A stretch of DNA of 64,000 nt, from positions 2,666,001 to 2,730,000 of the forward strand of contig OX337241.1 of the NCBI GenBank assembly GCA_946965045.2, read 5' to 3'. The position numbers and the translations under genes were made by a program. The stretch comes from Epithemia pelagica. Lineage: Eukaryota > Protista > Bacillariophyta. This document shows positions 1 through 11,157 of the stretch, in pieces. The notes beneath the pieces were generated by a model that was not told the origin of the DNA, ran no database searches, and saw only the letters and a list, made by a program, of their open reading frames with translations. The stretch's first letter is position 1. Each line of letters opens with the position of its first letter.

Positions 1-310
1 TCGTGCCATCGGTGAGAGGCAACAAGCCCGCCTTGAATTCTTGAATCAAGCGATTGGCGTAAGCTTCTTCTTCGGCCGTCCATTTGCCACGACGCAAGGG
101 AGGACCCTTGCTGTTGTTGTTGCTGTTTGATTTGTTGTTGTTGTTGTTGTTGCTATTGTTATTATTGGACTTGTTGTTGTTGGTATTGTTCGAAGTGGTG
201 GTCGTTGTGGCTTCGGGAGGTCGTTGGTGGGGCGGTTGCATGGCCCCCTCGGCTCCCACACCATCGGCTTGAGCCGCACTTTGCGCGGCTTGCAACACCA
301 AACTGGACAT
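1..310 (-). CDS. 5' part of a Myb/SANT-like uncharacterised stramenopile protein, paralogue of 37415..40054; runs off the window start
   Basis: Reverse complement from ATG 310 gives MSSLVLQAAQSAAQADG...GPPLRRGKWTAEEEAYANRLIQEFKAGLLPLTDGT. It is collinear with 37415..37724, and the differences in the conserved block are synonymous. Confidence 0.85.
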   Translation of the reverse strand, partial: MSSLVLQAAQSAAQADGVGAEGAMQPPHQRPPEATTTTTSNNTNNNKSNNNNSNNNNNNKSNSNNNSKGPPLRRGKWTAEEEAYANRLIQEFKAGLLPLTDGT

Positions 311-1455
311 GATAAAAAGTGTAGTAGTGGTGGTTGTGGTTCTTGAGGCTCGTCAAGGTTCCAGGTTACTTCTGGGTGGGTGGGTTCATCCAAGACAATT
401 CGACTAGAGGTAGTTCCATCGACAAACAATAATACAAAAGAGCCATTGGCCAAAAACCAACAACAACAACATCAAGAGGCATGAGACAACAACACCAAAT
501 CAAGGAAATCCACACGCAACGATGTAGGCTTCTTCTCTAGTACTACTGCTCTCCCCTTGCGGCGAGAGGACCCTAGGACTCCTGGAACCCAACACCGCAG
601 GAGAGCCATCCTCTCTTTGGGGGTGGAATGACTCTCCTACTCCTAGCGGATTCGAATGGTGTTGGGGTTCACATCCTCCTCATCCAAAGGCTTGGAAGAG
701 GACATTGTCTTTCTCTCACACACAAAGATGAATGAAACCACACGAGTCCATTCATCTCTATATTGTTTTAGAGAATGGACTTACCAAAACGGAAAACGAG
801 AGAAGTCCAACGCAACGTCAAGTTGATGATGAAGGAACGATGATGGATGATTGTTGATTGTCTCTGTCTCTCTTCAACGTACAATACCATTTCTGCTGTT
901 GAATGTTCGCTTCAAGCAAGAGAGAGAGAGAGTCTTCCACTATAACAACGGGAAAGTTATCATTCACGTAGAATTTGTACGAATTTCTACGAGAGTCAGA
1001 GATCGCTCCAGTCAGGCCCTTCTTCGGGCGTTGCACTTCCACGATCGATTTCAGCCCCCCTCGCTCGCCAATGAATCTTGCCATGGCCTCTCCCAAAATG
1101 CCCCCTAAAAGGAATAAACAATGGGGGTGGTTCATGAAGTTCCAACACTCCGTACGGACAGACCACTTCTTTGGACACTCTTGATGCCCCCATTATGTAA
1201 CAACCATCAAGGGGTGCCCGTGGCAGTTCGAATCCACACCATCGATCCAGGGGGCCTGCCCCCCGGCATATGCCCCCATGTGGGGCAAATCTCTACCCAG
1301 TCAGCGTCTGGAAAACTTCTTCCGGAACTTTGAAGACACTACATCAATGTGTACTACTTATGAGTACAGTCAGAGATTATTCTATAGTACAATCATACTA
1401 TCTGCGACCCCTTTTCGTGCGACTCTTTTTCTGCGACCCGAGTGGGAAGGACGAA
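1..1455. repeat. Inverted segmental duplication, arm 1 (partner ~36255..37724)
   Basis: Reverse complement aligns by eye with ~36255..37724, e.g. ccatgaaccacccccatt, gccccttgat and ctatctgcgacc. Similarity is high in the CDS and lower upstream. Confidence 0.9.
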
Positions 1456-1645
1456 TGCGTGAGTCGTCCAGGAGATCCAAGAGCACCGACCATGACTGAA
1501 TCCATCCAGATTCTTCGCTGAATGCTCACATAAAATAGACTCGGAGCAGCAAGCAGAGGAACCAAGCAATCCCGAAGCAAAGCGGAACAGTCGATCGAGA
1601 TTGCACATCACCACCACCACTGACCAGCAACACAAACGACACAGT

Positions 1646-3571
1646 ATGCGAAAACGCAGAACCTCGAGTCACCATGCGGCTGTGTCGTCACGGAGTAGTA
1701 GCAGCAGTATGACCACGGCGGCGGCCGACGACGATCGATCCTTGGCCGTTGCCACTTCGGCGACTACGACAACCGCCACACGATCTCGATCGACCAACTC
1801 CAAATCTTTGAAATCCTTGGGCGACCACGAGACATCGTCTCCCTTGACGACCAACCCGAAAAAAGGAGGAGGAGGTCTCTTGGCGTCCTTTCGATCGGCA
1901 TCTCCACCCATGACCAAATCATCCAGGAATCCGAGTCCACCGACTACCAGCAAATCCATATCATCGACTGTACCACCACCACCACCACCACCACCACCAC
2001 CACCACCACCTTTGGAATCAGAAACCCCCGTGCCCCTCTTGCACAAGCAACCACCCGGACAATCGAATTCTCAACAACAAGAACAACAACAATCCAAGGC
2101 TCTCCACGCTCCATCAACGACAACGAAGACGACGATTCCCCCTCTAGCCGTCACGACGGCGACTGCCGCCCGCACGAGCGAATTGTCCTTGCGCAAATTC
2201 TTGTTGCGTCTCGTGATTGGGTCCCTCTTGTTTTCGTGTTTTTCCGGCATTGTGTATTTGGGACACTTGTACATTTGCATTTTGGTGGCCATTATTGAAA
2301 CGGTCCTCTTTTACGAATTGGTCCGCGTCCGCTATTCCACCTTTTTTCACAATACAATCAAGGATACCATTCCGCTCTTTCGCACCACGCAGTGGATGTG
2401 GTTCACCACGGCCATTGTGTATACCTATGGAGACTTTGTCGCCGATGTCGTGCAAAACAATTATCAAGCCGAAGGACATTCGGCCCTGCATCATTTGGTC
2501 CCCTACATTCCCTATACGAGCAGTATTTCCTTTGTTCTGTATTCCACCACCTTGATGGTGACCATTGTCACGTTGCAACGAGAACATTTGAAATTCCAAA
2601 TCAATCAATTGTGTTGGACCGTCGTGGTCTTGTGTTTGACCTTGGGACAATTGAAATATGTCATGCACAATATTTTCAATGGCTTGATTTGGTTTGTCTT
2701 GCCCGTATGTTTGGTCATTACCAACGATGTCATGGCCTATGCCTGTGGCGTCACGACCGGACGCAAATTTATTTCTCGACCCTTTTTGTCCTTTTCTCCC
2801 AACAAGACGTGGGAAGGCTTTTTGGGCGGTGGCTTTTTTACCATTGTCGCGGCCTGGTACATGAGCAAATATTTGGTCCCTTATACCTGGATGACCTGTC
2901 CGACCAATGAATTTCGCGTCGTGCCCCAATCCTTGGAGTGTACCCTCGATCCCGTCTTTGTCCCCGCCCAATGGGTCTTTCCCTCGCAACTTTTTGAACT
3001 CTTGCCGCAAAATCTTGTCCGCATGGTGCCTGGAATGGTGGAAATTTGCAGTACGGCACTGCCAACGACGACGACGACGACAATGGAGGGCAGCCTGACG
3101 GGAGAATCGGAATCATCGTCCGAAGTGGATCCATCGGTATTGGAATGGATTTTGGAACCCTGCATTTCGGGCAACGATCGTCAAGTTCATGATCATTTTG
3201 AATTGCGCATCAAGCAAGGCTTTTATCCCATTCAGCTGCATGCCGTCATGTTGGGCTTTTTTGCCAGTGTCGTGGCGCCCTTTGGCGGCTTTTTGGCCTC
3301 GGCCATTAAACGTGCCTATGGACTCAAGGATTTTGCCGCCCTCTTGCCCGGACACGGCGGTGTCATGGACCGAATGGATTGTCAATTTCTCATGGCGCTC
3401 TGTACCTGGGTCTATTACAATACCTTTATCAAAATTGCCACCGTCTCGGTCACCAAATTAACCTACCTCTACTCTCTCTTGTCGGAACGAGAACAAGCCG
3501 AATTTGCCCAATGGATCATGGAAACCACGAATACGACAACGACGGCTGCCACAAGCACGGGAATGGAATAA
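1646..3571 (+). CDS. CDS: Phosphatidate cytidylyltransferase (CDP-diacylglycerol synthase), intronless, with Ser/Thr/Pro-rich N-terminal extension
   Basis: Multiple TM segments plus CTP_transf_1 motifs SPNKTWEGF and KRAYGLKDFAALLPGHGGVMDRMDC. The first ATG is at 1646; the ORF-track start at 1601 is a TTG. Confidence 0.93.
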   Translation: MRKRRTSSHHAAVSSRSSSSSMTTAAADDDRSLAVATSATTTTATRSRSTNSKSLKSLGDHETSSPLTTNPKKGGGGLLASFRSASPPMTKSSRNPSPPTTSKSISSTVPPPPPPPPPPPPPLESETPVPLLHKQPPGQSNSQQQEQQQSKALHAPSTTTKTTIPPLAVTTATAARTSELSLRKFLLRLVIGSLLFSCFSGIVYLGHLYICILVAIIETVLFYELVRVRYSTFFHNTIKDTIPLFRTTQWMWFTTAIVYTYGDFVADVVQNNYQAEGHSALHHLVPYIPYTSSISFVLYSTTLMVTIVTLQREHLKFQINQLCWTVVVLCLTLGQLKYVMHNIFNGLIWFVLPVCLVITNDVMAYACGVTTGRKFISRPFLSFSPNKTWEGFLGGGFFTIVAAWYMSKYLVPYTWMTCPTNEFRVVPQSLECTLDPVFVPAQWVFPSQLFELLPQNLVRMVPGMVEICSTALPTTTTTTMEGSLTGESESSSEVDPSVLEWILEPCISGNDRQVHDHFELRIKQGFYPIQLHAVMLGFFASVVAPFGGFLASAIKRAYGLKDFAALLPGHGGVMDRMDCQFLMALCTWVYYNTFIKIATVSVTKLTYLYSLLSEREQAEFAQWIMETTNTTTTAATSTGME

Positions 3572-4387
3572 TCACACGACAGGATAACAGGAGAAAGGGC
3601 GGCTGGTTCGAGTACATTCGGGCTCACAATATTGAGGCATTCATGCGAGCGTCTTGTTTGGGCGTTCCCCAACATTCCACACCGTTCTGCTCTCTCTCGC
3701 TTTGACTTTGCTGTGGTGGGTTGATCTTGCTACAGTAGGTAGTTTGTGTTTGGGGATAGAGGATAGACATCATACAGTAGATGCGAAAGGTTACAACGTT
3801 TTCCAAGAGTCACATTCCCACTACTCTAGAGACGATCGATCCATGGCCGTACCACGCAGTTGTCGAAGCATGATGTGTGGGACGAGCCAACTAAGGTATG
3901 TCGCCTCCCAACCAGGCAAGTCTTTGGTCTTACCGCCAACCCACACCCTCGGTAGAACACCTCCTCTATACCAAACAAACAACGCACTATGGAATGCAGT
4001 GACTTACGAAAACTAAAGACACACTCCTCTCTTGTGTGGAATGCTCGGATCTACCCATTGAGTGAGAGAGTCCCATAGTCCCTTGCATAGTTTTTGCCTA
4101 AGAGTATGGGTTATTCTAGGTAGAGGTTGTTGCATATCCGGGTTCTATCAATCGCTTCAAAAAGATGTGCATTCGCACTTAGATCGCGAAAAAGGGATTG
4201 CCGCAACACACCCAATCAAAGCGAATGGCGAATGGAATTCTGCGAGGATTCTGAGAGGTCGTAATCTACACTCCCAACCAGAAACTAGACACTAGCCCGT
4301 CCGCACTCTTCTCGCATGATCATGGTAATAAACACTAGATTTACAAACAACGTTATGGTACAAAATGTTACAATGAGATCGGTTGGT

Positions 4388-5098
4388 TTAGCAGCACACA
4401 AGAGATTCGTTGGCCATGCCCACATAGAGGGCAAACTGTTGGGAGGGAGCACTGATTTCTTGACACACACGACGCATCACATTGGCATGCAGTTTGAGGT
4501 CTTGGGACGATACATGTTCGTTTTGGAATTGAATCTCATCCATGGCCTCCCAAATCAAATTGCGACGATGATGCTTGTCTTTGTGAATCTTTTTGGACAC
4601 CAAGTGTTCCAATCCAATCACCTCCACGCAATCATGAAAGGACAAGTCCACATCGTCCTGAAAGGATGCAATCGCATCATAGGCATGACGAATCGCATTC
4701 GATGCTGTCGCCAGTTTCTTGTTCTTCTTCTTGTCGTTGCTTGACTCGTCTTTGTTGATGCGAGACTGTTTCAAAAGAAGCTTGGCTTCCTTGATGAGTG
4801 TTTTCTTGAAGCGGGCATAGTCTTCTCGGGAGTACCATGTGGGCGACACTTCCTCTTCTTCTTGTCGGTGTGACTGTTCTTCTTGTGGTGCAACAGTAGC
4901 AGTAGCGGTTCCCCAGACGGCGGTCACACCATCAAATCGAACACTGGAAAAGGATCGTGGTCTTGGGCGTTTCGATCGGGTCGCAGTAGTCGTAGTTCTC
5001 GTTGGCGTTGTTGGCTGAGGACTGTACTCCGTTCCCTTGGTGATGGTGGCAGAGACTTGAGAATGAACAATGGAGGGGCTTGATTCGAAGAGGAGCAT
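4388..5098 (-). CDS. Hypothetical diatom-type protein (SVRF...WYS..DY..FK...GLE pattern)
   Basis: ATG-initiated 236-aa ORF containing SSVRFDGVTAV, TWYSREDYARFK and CVEVIGLEHL, a pattern recurrent in diatom hypothetical proteins. Confidence 0.65.
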   Translation of the reverse strand: MLLFESSPSIVHSQVSATITKGTEYSPQPTTPTRTTTTATRSKRPRPRSFSSVRFDGVTAVWGTATATVAPQEEQSHRQEEEEVSPTWYSREDYARFKKTLIKEAKLLLKQSRINKDESSNDKKKNKKLATASNAIRHAYDAIASFQDDVDLSFHDCVEVIGLEHLVSKKIHKDKHHRRNLIWEAMDEIQFQNEHVSSQDLKLHANVMRRVCQEISAPSQQFALYVGMANESLVCC

Positions 5099-6822
5099 CT
5101 TGACAGAGAGTTTTTACTGTTGGAAGCAGATGAATGAGGGGAATGAATGAGCCGTACGATGATGAGTGCTTTCACTTTCGCTCCTCGAAAGAATATGTTA
5201 CCAAGAGGAGGAGGTCCGAGGGATCCGACATCCCTCCGATATCCGATATCTCCATATCTCTCTACTCTCTCTTTATTCGTCTTTTTGATGTTCCCTGGAT
5301 CGTTACGAACCTTCTCTTCAAATTGCAGCCTTCGCAATTGCTCTCTATTAATCTCGAACTATGTCTAGAGAGTCTTCAAGTGCATCTGAAATTTTTATGG
5401 TTGACAAAAGGACCAAAAGATATCCCGGACAATCCGGTTGGACAACGTCACCACGTGGCTGCATGATGTCACTGACGTCGACCATAAATCCGAACTTCGA
5501 ACTTCATTATTTAAAGACATTTCATTTAGTCATTCGGTTTTTGTCAAATCACAAATCAAGCTTTCACATCCCCAACACCCCAACCCCCAACTCCTCGAGC
5601 CTAGCCCTGGACTGAGCCCATCTAAGACGGAACCTTGAGCATTCATTTAGTAGTAGTCGACTTTTTACAAGTACATCGACCAAGAACTACGACCTGAAAA
5701 AGCGACGTTGGCCCAGAAACCTCAACACGCATCTGTCCTTTTCGGCATCTACAAAAAGCATTAGCCAAAGAGGCTTGCCCCGTTAAGGCCGTGGAGTTGA
5801 AGAGAAAGATCAATTCAGAATTCAGCCGACTTTCAGATAAGTTGAGAGGATCTTCCGCTGCCATCTTATCGTTTGTGTCTTGCGTTACACCTGGCCGTAA
5901 CTGGAAACTGGAGCTTGTATTTCATTTAAGAATATCCTTATCACTTGCAGGTCCTTTCAGGAACAACATTAGACTCTGCTCTCTCTCTCTTACTGGATAG
6001 TTTCCAAGATGTTCTCCATGCGTATCAGTCAAGAACAATCCAGATGTCTTTGTCACGAATGACCAAGAGTGGCATGCTTGCAGGTTGGACCTTTTGGATC
6101 TCTTTTCCATCTAGGAGTAGTGTTTTTCTTCCGCAATGAATCCTTGGAACACCCGTCAAGTTTGTAGACACTGTCCATCGATGGATCTGATATTATGGCA
6201 CAAATGACAGCGGCTCATGGTGTACAATGTCCTTGGTAATCTCGTGAGCTGCCCAAGTGGAACAGTTCCGGTCCAGCATACAACCCATGACCTCTCCTCA
6301 GTAGAATCATCTCAACGAAACTGTAGATTCAAAATGTAGATTCTTTCCAATTGGATACACATCTCGTTGGTTGGATATGTTATTTTCTTGTTCGTTCGTC
6401 GCTTGGTCCCCCCAGGAGGATCCAACGGAAAGCACAAAGCACTGCTAACGCATTATTTGTCATCACCCCAAATCGAGTCGGTTCGTCGTCAGAACCTTGT
6501 TCTGGTCAGCGGCATGCTGTGTGGACATTTTCCGCCTTGGATGGCTTCTCATTATTCCTTTGTCGGTTGGTCCAATCCGAAGTCTTGTTGTTGTTGTTGT
6601 GTGTGTATCGCTCGCAGTTCGCATCGAGTTTCTTCCTCTTGGTCTCCTTGTTTGTTCGGCGGATGATCTGGGACCGTTGGTGTCTAGTAGTCGTCCTACG
6701 GTTCGATTCGCGTTGGCAACCAATGAGATGGATTCGGATTACGCGCATGTCAATCAAACAAAGGTGGGAGTCTGTCTCGATGTACCTACTTCATGTCTGT
6801 TCATCGTTCCCATCACCTTGCT

Positions 6823-7246
6823 CTAGTGCCTTCTTTCTGGGTGTGCCCATTACGGGCGAAAACGTACCATTGGGCACATAGTTTCAACTAGATATAACTC
6901 AACCAATATTAGACCTACGGCACCATGTAGATGCTCAAACTTTTTCCTTAACATATCCTCTGTCACCATTGAATACTCCATGACACCCATCTATGACATA
7001 TCTAGGTCATATGAGGACCTCCTTTGTGCTCAATTTTAGGCATGTGGGCACACTTGGAATCCAATGTGATATGTCATAGATGGGTGTCATGGAGTATCCA
7101 ATGGTGACAGAGGATGTGTTAAGGAAAAAGTTTGAGCATCTACGTGTTGCCGGAGGCCCAATATTGGTTGAGTTCTATCTAGTTGAACTATGTGCCCAAT
7201 GGTACATTTTCGCCCGTAATGGGCACACCCAGATAGAAGGCACTAG
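6823..7246. mobile_element. Foldback / MITE-like element with ~180-bp inverted arms
   Basis: Arm 6823..7002 is the reverse complement of 7068..7246, with about 11 differences counted by eye and a 65-bp spacer. Both ends lie in CTAG (possible TA duplication). No ORF. Confidence 0.85.
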
Positions 7247-7288
7247 CTAGTAGATAGATGAGGTTACAACCATGTCACTGCTTTGTCC

Positions 7289-7620
7289 TCCTCGTTTCAT
7301 GGCCGTTGGCCAAACGCAAAGACTTATCGTACAAAAGTTAGGTTCGCATCGTTTCACGTTTATCACCTCCCCTCCTTGATCAATGGTGTAATATCTTGTT
7401 GTTGTGGTACGTTCGGCCAGGATGGATTCTCGTTCCTCCTCGTTTCATGGCCACTCATTATTTCGTGGACAAAACACAAAGACGAATCATGCATAGTTCG
7501 CATCGTCCTTTGACATTTCTGTTGTACCTCCCCTCCTTCGTCATAATGATGATGATGATGATTATGGGATCCCTCATCCCTCGTTGTGGTTTGTACGGTC
7601 AGGATGGATTCTCGTTTGCA
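7289..7620. repeat. Short degenerate direct repeats
   Basis: ctcctcgtttcatggcc at ~7289 and ~7436; caggatggattctcgtt at ~7408 and ~7599. Confidence 0.6.
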
Positions 7621-8244
7621 ACCATTGGGGTGATGATTCGGATTGGTGCTCAATGGACGAAGCATTGTGCGGGGACTCATTTTTTTGCTTCGGTTGGTGG
7701 TGGAGCGATGATGATGGCACACCCACACCGTTCGCGCCGTCGTCACCCCTTCCGCGACTAAAAGGGTTCCGGATGCACCTGCGACTGAGTTCGGCGACAA
7801 CTCAGATCTCCAGAGAACTCCATTTTTAAATTTACAGTCAAAGTTTGAGGAGTGATCAGGATGGGAAATGTGTACAAACCCGAATCTTGTGTGTCTTTCG
7901 TCCATCCTCCCACCGCTGGTGACATGGACGGTGCGAGGATCGGTCGTCACCCACACTACAACCCATTGGTTGCACTAAATAAGTTTTCTTACTGGTCTAT
8001 GATTCATGTTGAGCTCAACCCGATGGATTGTAACTAGGAGTCGCACCTACTCCATGCCGACGGAAGCCCATTCTCTCGCGTTGCATCGTGATGACGGACA
8101 ACGTGGCAAACTGGGAAGGAGCGCTGCGTCACATTTTCGGGTTTCGAGACTTTCCTTGCATTCTGTTGCCACAATTGTTGCTGGTGGTGGAATCGGTCGT
8201 ATCCATCTACTCAACCGTATTAGTACTACCTACTTGTCGATATC

Positions 8245-9537
8245 ATGGGAAAGGGAGGAAATCAAGCCGTCCGCGTGAGAGCTGCCCCATCCAAAGGAGG
8301 AGAGGATTCATCGTCCGTGTGGACGTCTCCGTACAATCCCTTGGCCAAGGATGCGCCGGAATTGCCCACCAAGGGTCAAATCAAGGCGTCCATTCCGAAA
8401 GAATGCTTTGAACGAAGTTATGGTTGGTCCATGTTTTACACGGCTCGTGATTTGTTGACATCGGCCGCCTTTGCCTACGCCACCAGCTTGGTCTTGTCCA
8501 CGGATGTGCCGTCCGTATCGGAACCCTTAGAGTGGGTCAAGTTTGTTGTGGGCTGGAGTTTCTATGCCTTTTGGCAAGGTACCATTTGGACGGGACCGTG
8601 GGTCTTGGCACACGAATGCGGCCATGGTGCTTTTTCGCCCTCGCAAACCTTTAATGACTGCTTTGGCTTTGTCATGCACCAAGCCTTGTTGGTCCCCTAC
8701 TTTGCCTGGCAATACACACATGCCAAGCACCATCGTCGTACCAATCACTTGATGGACGGCGAATCGCATGTGCCACCCACCAAGGAAGACAATGGCTTGT
8801 CGGAAACCTTGGAACGCAACTCCTTTTATGCCGCCTGGCACGAAGCCATGGGCGATGGCGCCTTTGCCGCCTTTCAAATTTGGTCTCACTTGTTCTTGGG
8901 ATGGCCCTTGTACTTGTGTGGATTGGCCTCGACGGGCCGTCTCAAGAATGATGGCAGTCCCCGTGGCGATGCCATTATGGACCATTTCCGTCCCAGTTCG
9001 GCCATGTTTCCCGACAAAATGTCCACCAAGGTTTGGGTCTCCACCCTGGGAGTTTTGGCCACCTTGGCCGGTTTGGGCTACTTGCAATACGAATACGGCT
9101 TTGTGCCCGTCTTGTGTTGGTATTGGGGTCCCTATTGTTTCACCAATGCCTGGTTGGTCTTGTACACGTGGTTGCAACACACGGACCCGTCCATTCCCCA
9201 TTACGGCGAAGGCGAATGGACCTGGGTCAAGGGGGCGTTGTCCACCATTGATCGCGATTATGGCATTTTTGATTACTTTCATCACCGGATTGGATCGACG
9301 CATGTCGTCCATCACTTGTTTCATGAAATGCCCTGGTACAATGCTCTCAAGGCAACCCATGCCGTCAAGGCTTATTTGGAACCCAAGGGATTGTACAATT
9401 ACGACCCTACATTCTGGCCCATTGCGATGTGGAGAATTGCCAAGACGTGCCATTATGTCGAGGGGACGGACGGCATTCAATATTTCAAGAGTTTGGAAGA
9501 CGTGCCCCTGACCAAGGATCGCAAAAAGCAAGAGTAG
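8245..9537 (+). CDS. FAD2: Microsomal delta-12 (omega-6) fatty acid desaturase, intronless
   Basis: Three His boxes (HECGH, HAKHH, HVVHH). N-terminus MGKGG...VWTSPYNPLAKDAPELPTKGQIKA closely resembles Phaeodactylum FAD2. Confidence 0.95.
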   Translation: MGKGGNQAVRVRAAPSKGGEDSSSVWTSPYNPLAKDAPELPTKGQIKASIPKECFERSYGWSMFYTARDLLTSAAFAYATSLVLSTDVPSVSEPLEWVKFVVGWSFYAFWQGTIWTGPWVLAHECGHGAFSPSQTFNDCFGFVMHQALLVPYFAWQYTHAKHHRRTNHLMDGESHVPPTKEDNGLSETLERNSFYAAWHEAMGDGAFAAFQIWSHLFLGWPLYLCGLASTGRLKNDGSPRGDAIMDHFRPSSAMFPDKMSTKVWVSTLGVLATLAGLGYLQYEYGFVPVLCWYWGPYCFTNAWLVLYTWLQHTDPSIPHYGEGEWTWVKGALSTIDRDYGIFDYFHHRIGSTHVVHHLFHEMPWYNALKATHAVKAYLEPKGLYNYDPTFWPIAMWRIAKTCHYVEGTDGIQYFKSLEDVPLTKDRKKQE

Positions 9538-10031
9538 AGTTCCAGCCGCGGAAGGGGTGCCCGAGCGAATGGCCGGCCTCTCTTTTCTTCTCCTCCAAGA
9601 CGCTCGTTTCTTGGATTCCCATCTTGTATTTGTATAAAACCAAGTTTTCTACGGAACCCAATGACACAAGACCCGTAGCCGTAGCGTCGTCCTGACACAC
9701 ACATTCTAGAATCGTAGGTTTCACGAAAGTGTTTTACTTAAGTATAGTTCTTTAGGACTGTCGACTGTTTTGCAAAACTAAAAAAAGGATCGAATCTATT
9801 TCAGCTGCCGCGCTCACGCCAAGAACGTTTGGTACCAACATTCGCACAAATGACGGCGGCCGGGTGCTGGTCGAGACCTCAACAGCTCGGTATTCTTGCC
9901 TGTGTAGACTGGTTCCCTCCCGTATTGTAGTTGCAGGACACATGCCTCTATTCTCTTGTATGGAAACACGGTAGTCGACACACTGTATCAAGTCTCATGT
10001 TGTTCTTGTTTCCCTCCTGTGTTATTTGTTG

Positions 10032-10265
10032 TCAGTCGTCATGCTCGTCCTCCGCCGCCGTCATGTCGTATTGGGCATTGTATTCGTGCGCCATGTGTTG
10101 CATCGCCAGACTCATGTTGGTGACCAACGAAACCAACGACGTCCAAAATGGGCTGGTGGTGTGGCGTTGCCATGACACAATCACGACGACGACGAGAGCA
10201 CCAAGAAGAAGAAGGGTAAACCCCACAACACCAGGAACGAGATTCGCACCCTCGTTCTCCACCAT
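10032..10265 (-). CDS. Possible small membrane protein (77 aa)
   Basis: ATG 10265 gives MVENEGANLVPGVVGFTLLLLGALVVVVIVSW with an acidic C-tail. No family recognised. Confidence 0.3.
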   Translation of the reverse strand: MVENEGANLVPGVVGFTLLLLGALVVVVIVSWQRHTTSPFWTSLVSLVTNMSLAMQHMAHEYNAQYDMTAAEDEHDD

Positions 10266-11157
10266 GGTCTCTCTGCATTGGCAACGGTCCCCAGAGTCCC
10301 CAGCCAACGACGTCCTTCCTGGAGTCGCCTTTCAGTCCCTTTCCTGACGGTCACTCTTGTACTCTCGAGCGCGAAAGAGCAATCCGAACTGTCCTCTAGT
10401 AGTGTACATAGACACAGTTCTTCACAGTTCCTTTCACTGAAAAAGTCATACTCCGTGCGATTCTGTGCGCTGTCGCCGAACCAACGCTGGAACGGAGAGG
10501 GGGCACCGGGATCAGATGACGCATATACCCCTCAAAACTCGAAATTAATTTTTACCCCGAAATTGATCTCTCTGTTGATGAGCCTGTGAAAGCCGCCATC
10601 CCCTTCGAATCGCCCCCATCTTAGTTTTGCCCCCCATTCTCCATTCGTGGATGAGTCGTTGGACAGCCCCAATCTGTGACTGGTCGGGACAGTTGGGTGG
10701 GGACTGGCGAGGAACACCTCCTCGTGTGAATTCGAATAGGAGGCGGCTAAACGCCGTACGTCCTTTGCTGTAATCGGCATTGTTACACGATCAAAGCGAT
10801 GAGTAGTCATTGCAAATCCCACATCAGCTTGATGTGGGATCAAACACTGGGAATCACCACACACAGAACACAGAAACTCTCTTGCAAGGATTCGAACCAA
10901 CCAAAACACAGAGCGACACGTGGGAGATGGAAGCGCCAAGCGCGTCTTTCCTTCCCCTCCGTTTCTCCGTTTGTCGATCGCTCACAACGTTTTCAACTCA
11001 CACAAAACAACCAGCAAGACGAAGCATCTCGGCAACGACCTGTGGTTGCGACTCCTCTGTTCGGTTGGCCGAAACACACACACACAAATTGCGGAGCGAT
11101 CGTCTCACACTCCGGTTCGCCAACAAGAGAAATCCGTAAAGCATCATCATCGTCAGC

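Noticed and set aside
1220-1240. gttcgaatcc T-loop-like motif suggesting a tRNA
   Set aside because: No cloverleaf can be built around it; no tRNA or rRNA gene was recognised anywhere in the window.
5400-6140. Coding-like stretch (e.g. YKYIDQELRPEK...) possibly from a decayed element
   Set aside because: Short frames broken by stops, no recognisable motif and no second copy in the window.
6823-7246. CACTA/EnSpm assignment for the foldback element
   Set aside because: CACTA is at the right end and TAGTG at the left, the reverse of true CACTA termini, and there is no 3-bp TSD.
7363-7956. 197-aa minus-strand ORF
   Set aside because: Non-ATG start, overlaps degenerate repeats and no recognisable domain; cannot be supported as a gene.
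8527-9531. 334-aa antisense ORF over FAD2, and similar long shadow ORFs at 2144..3010, 14085..15008, 24730..25923, 26911..27744 and 37379..38167
   Set aside because: They lie opposite well-supported genes, have no motifs, and are explained by codon bias that makes antisense stops rare.
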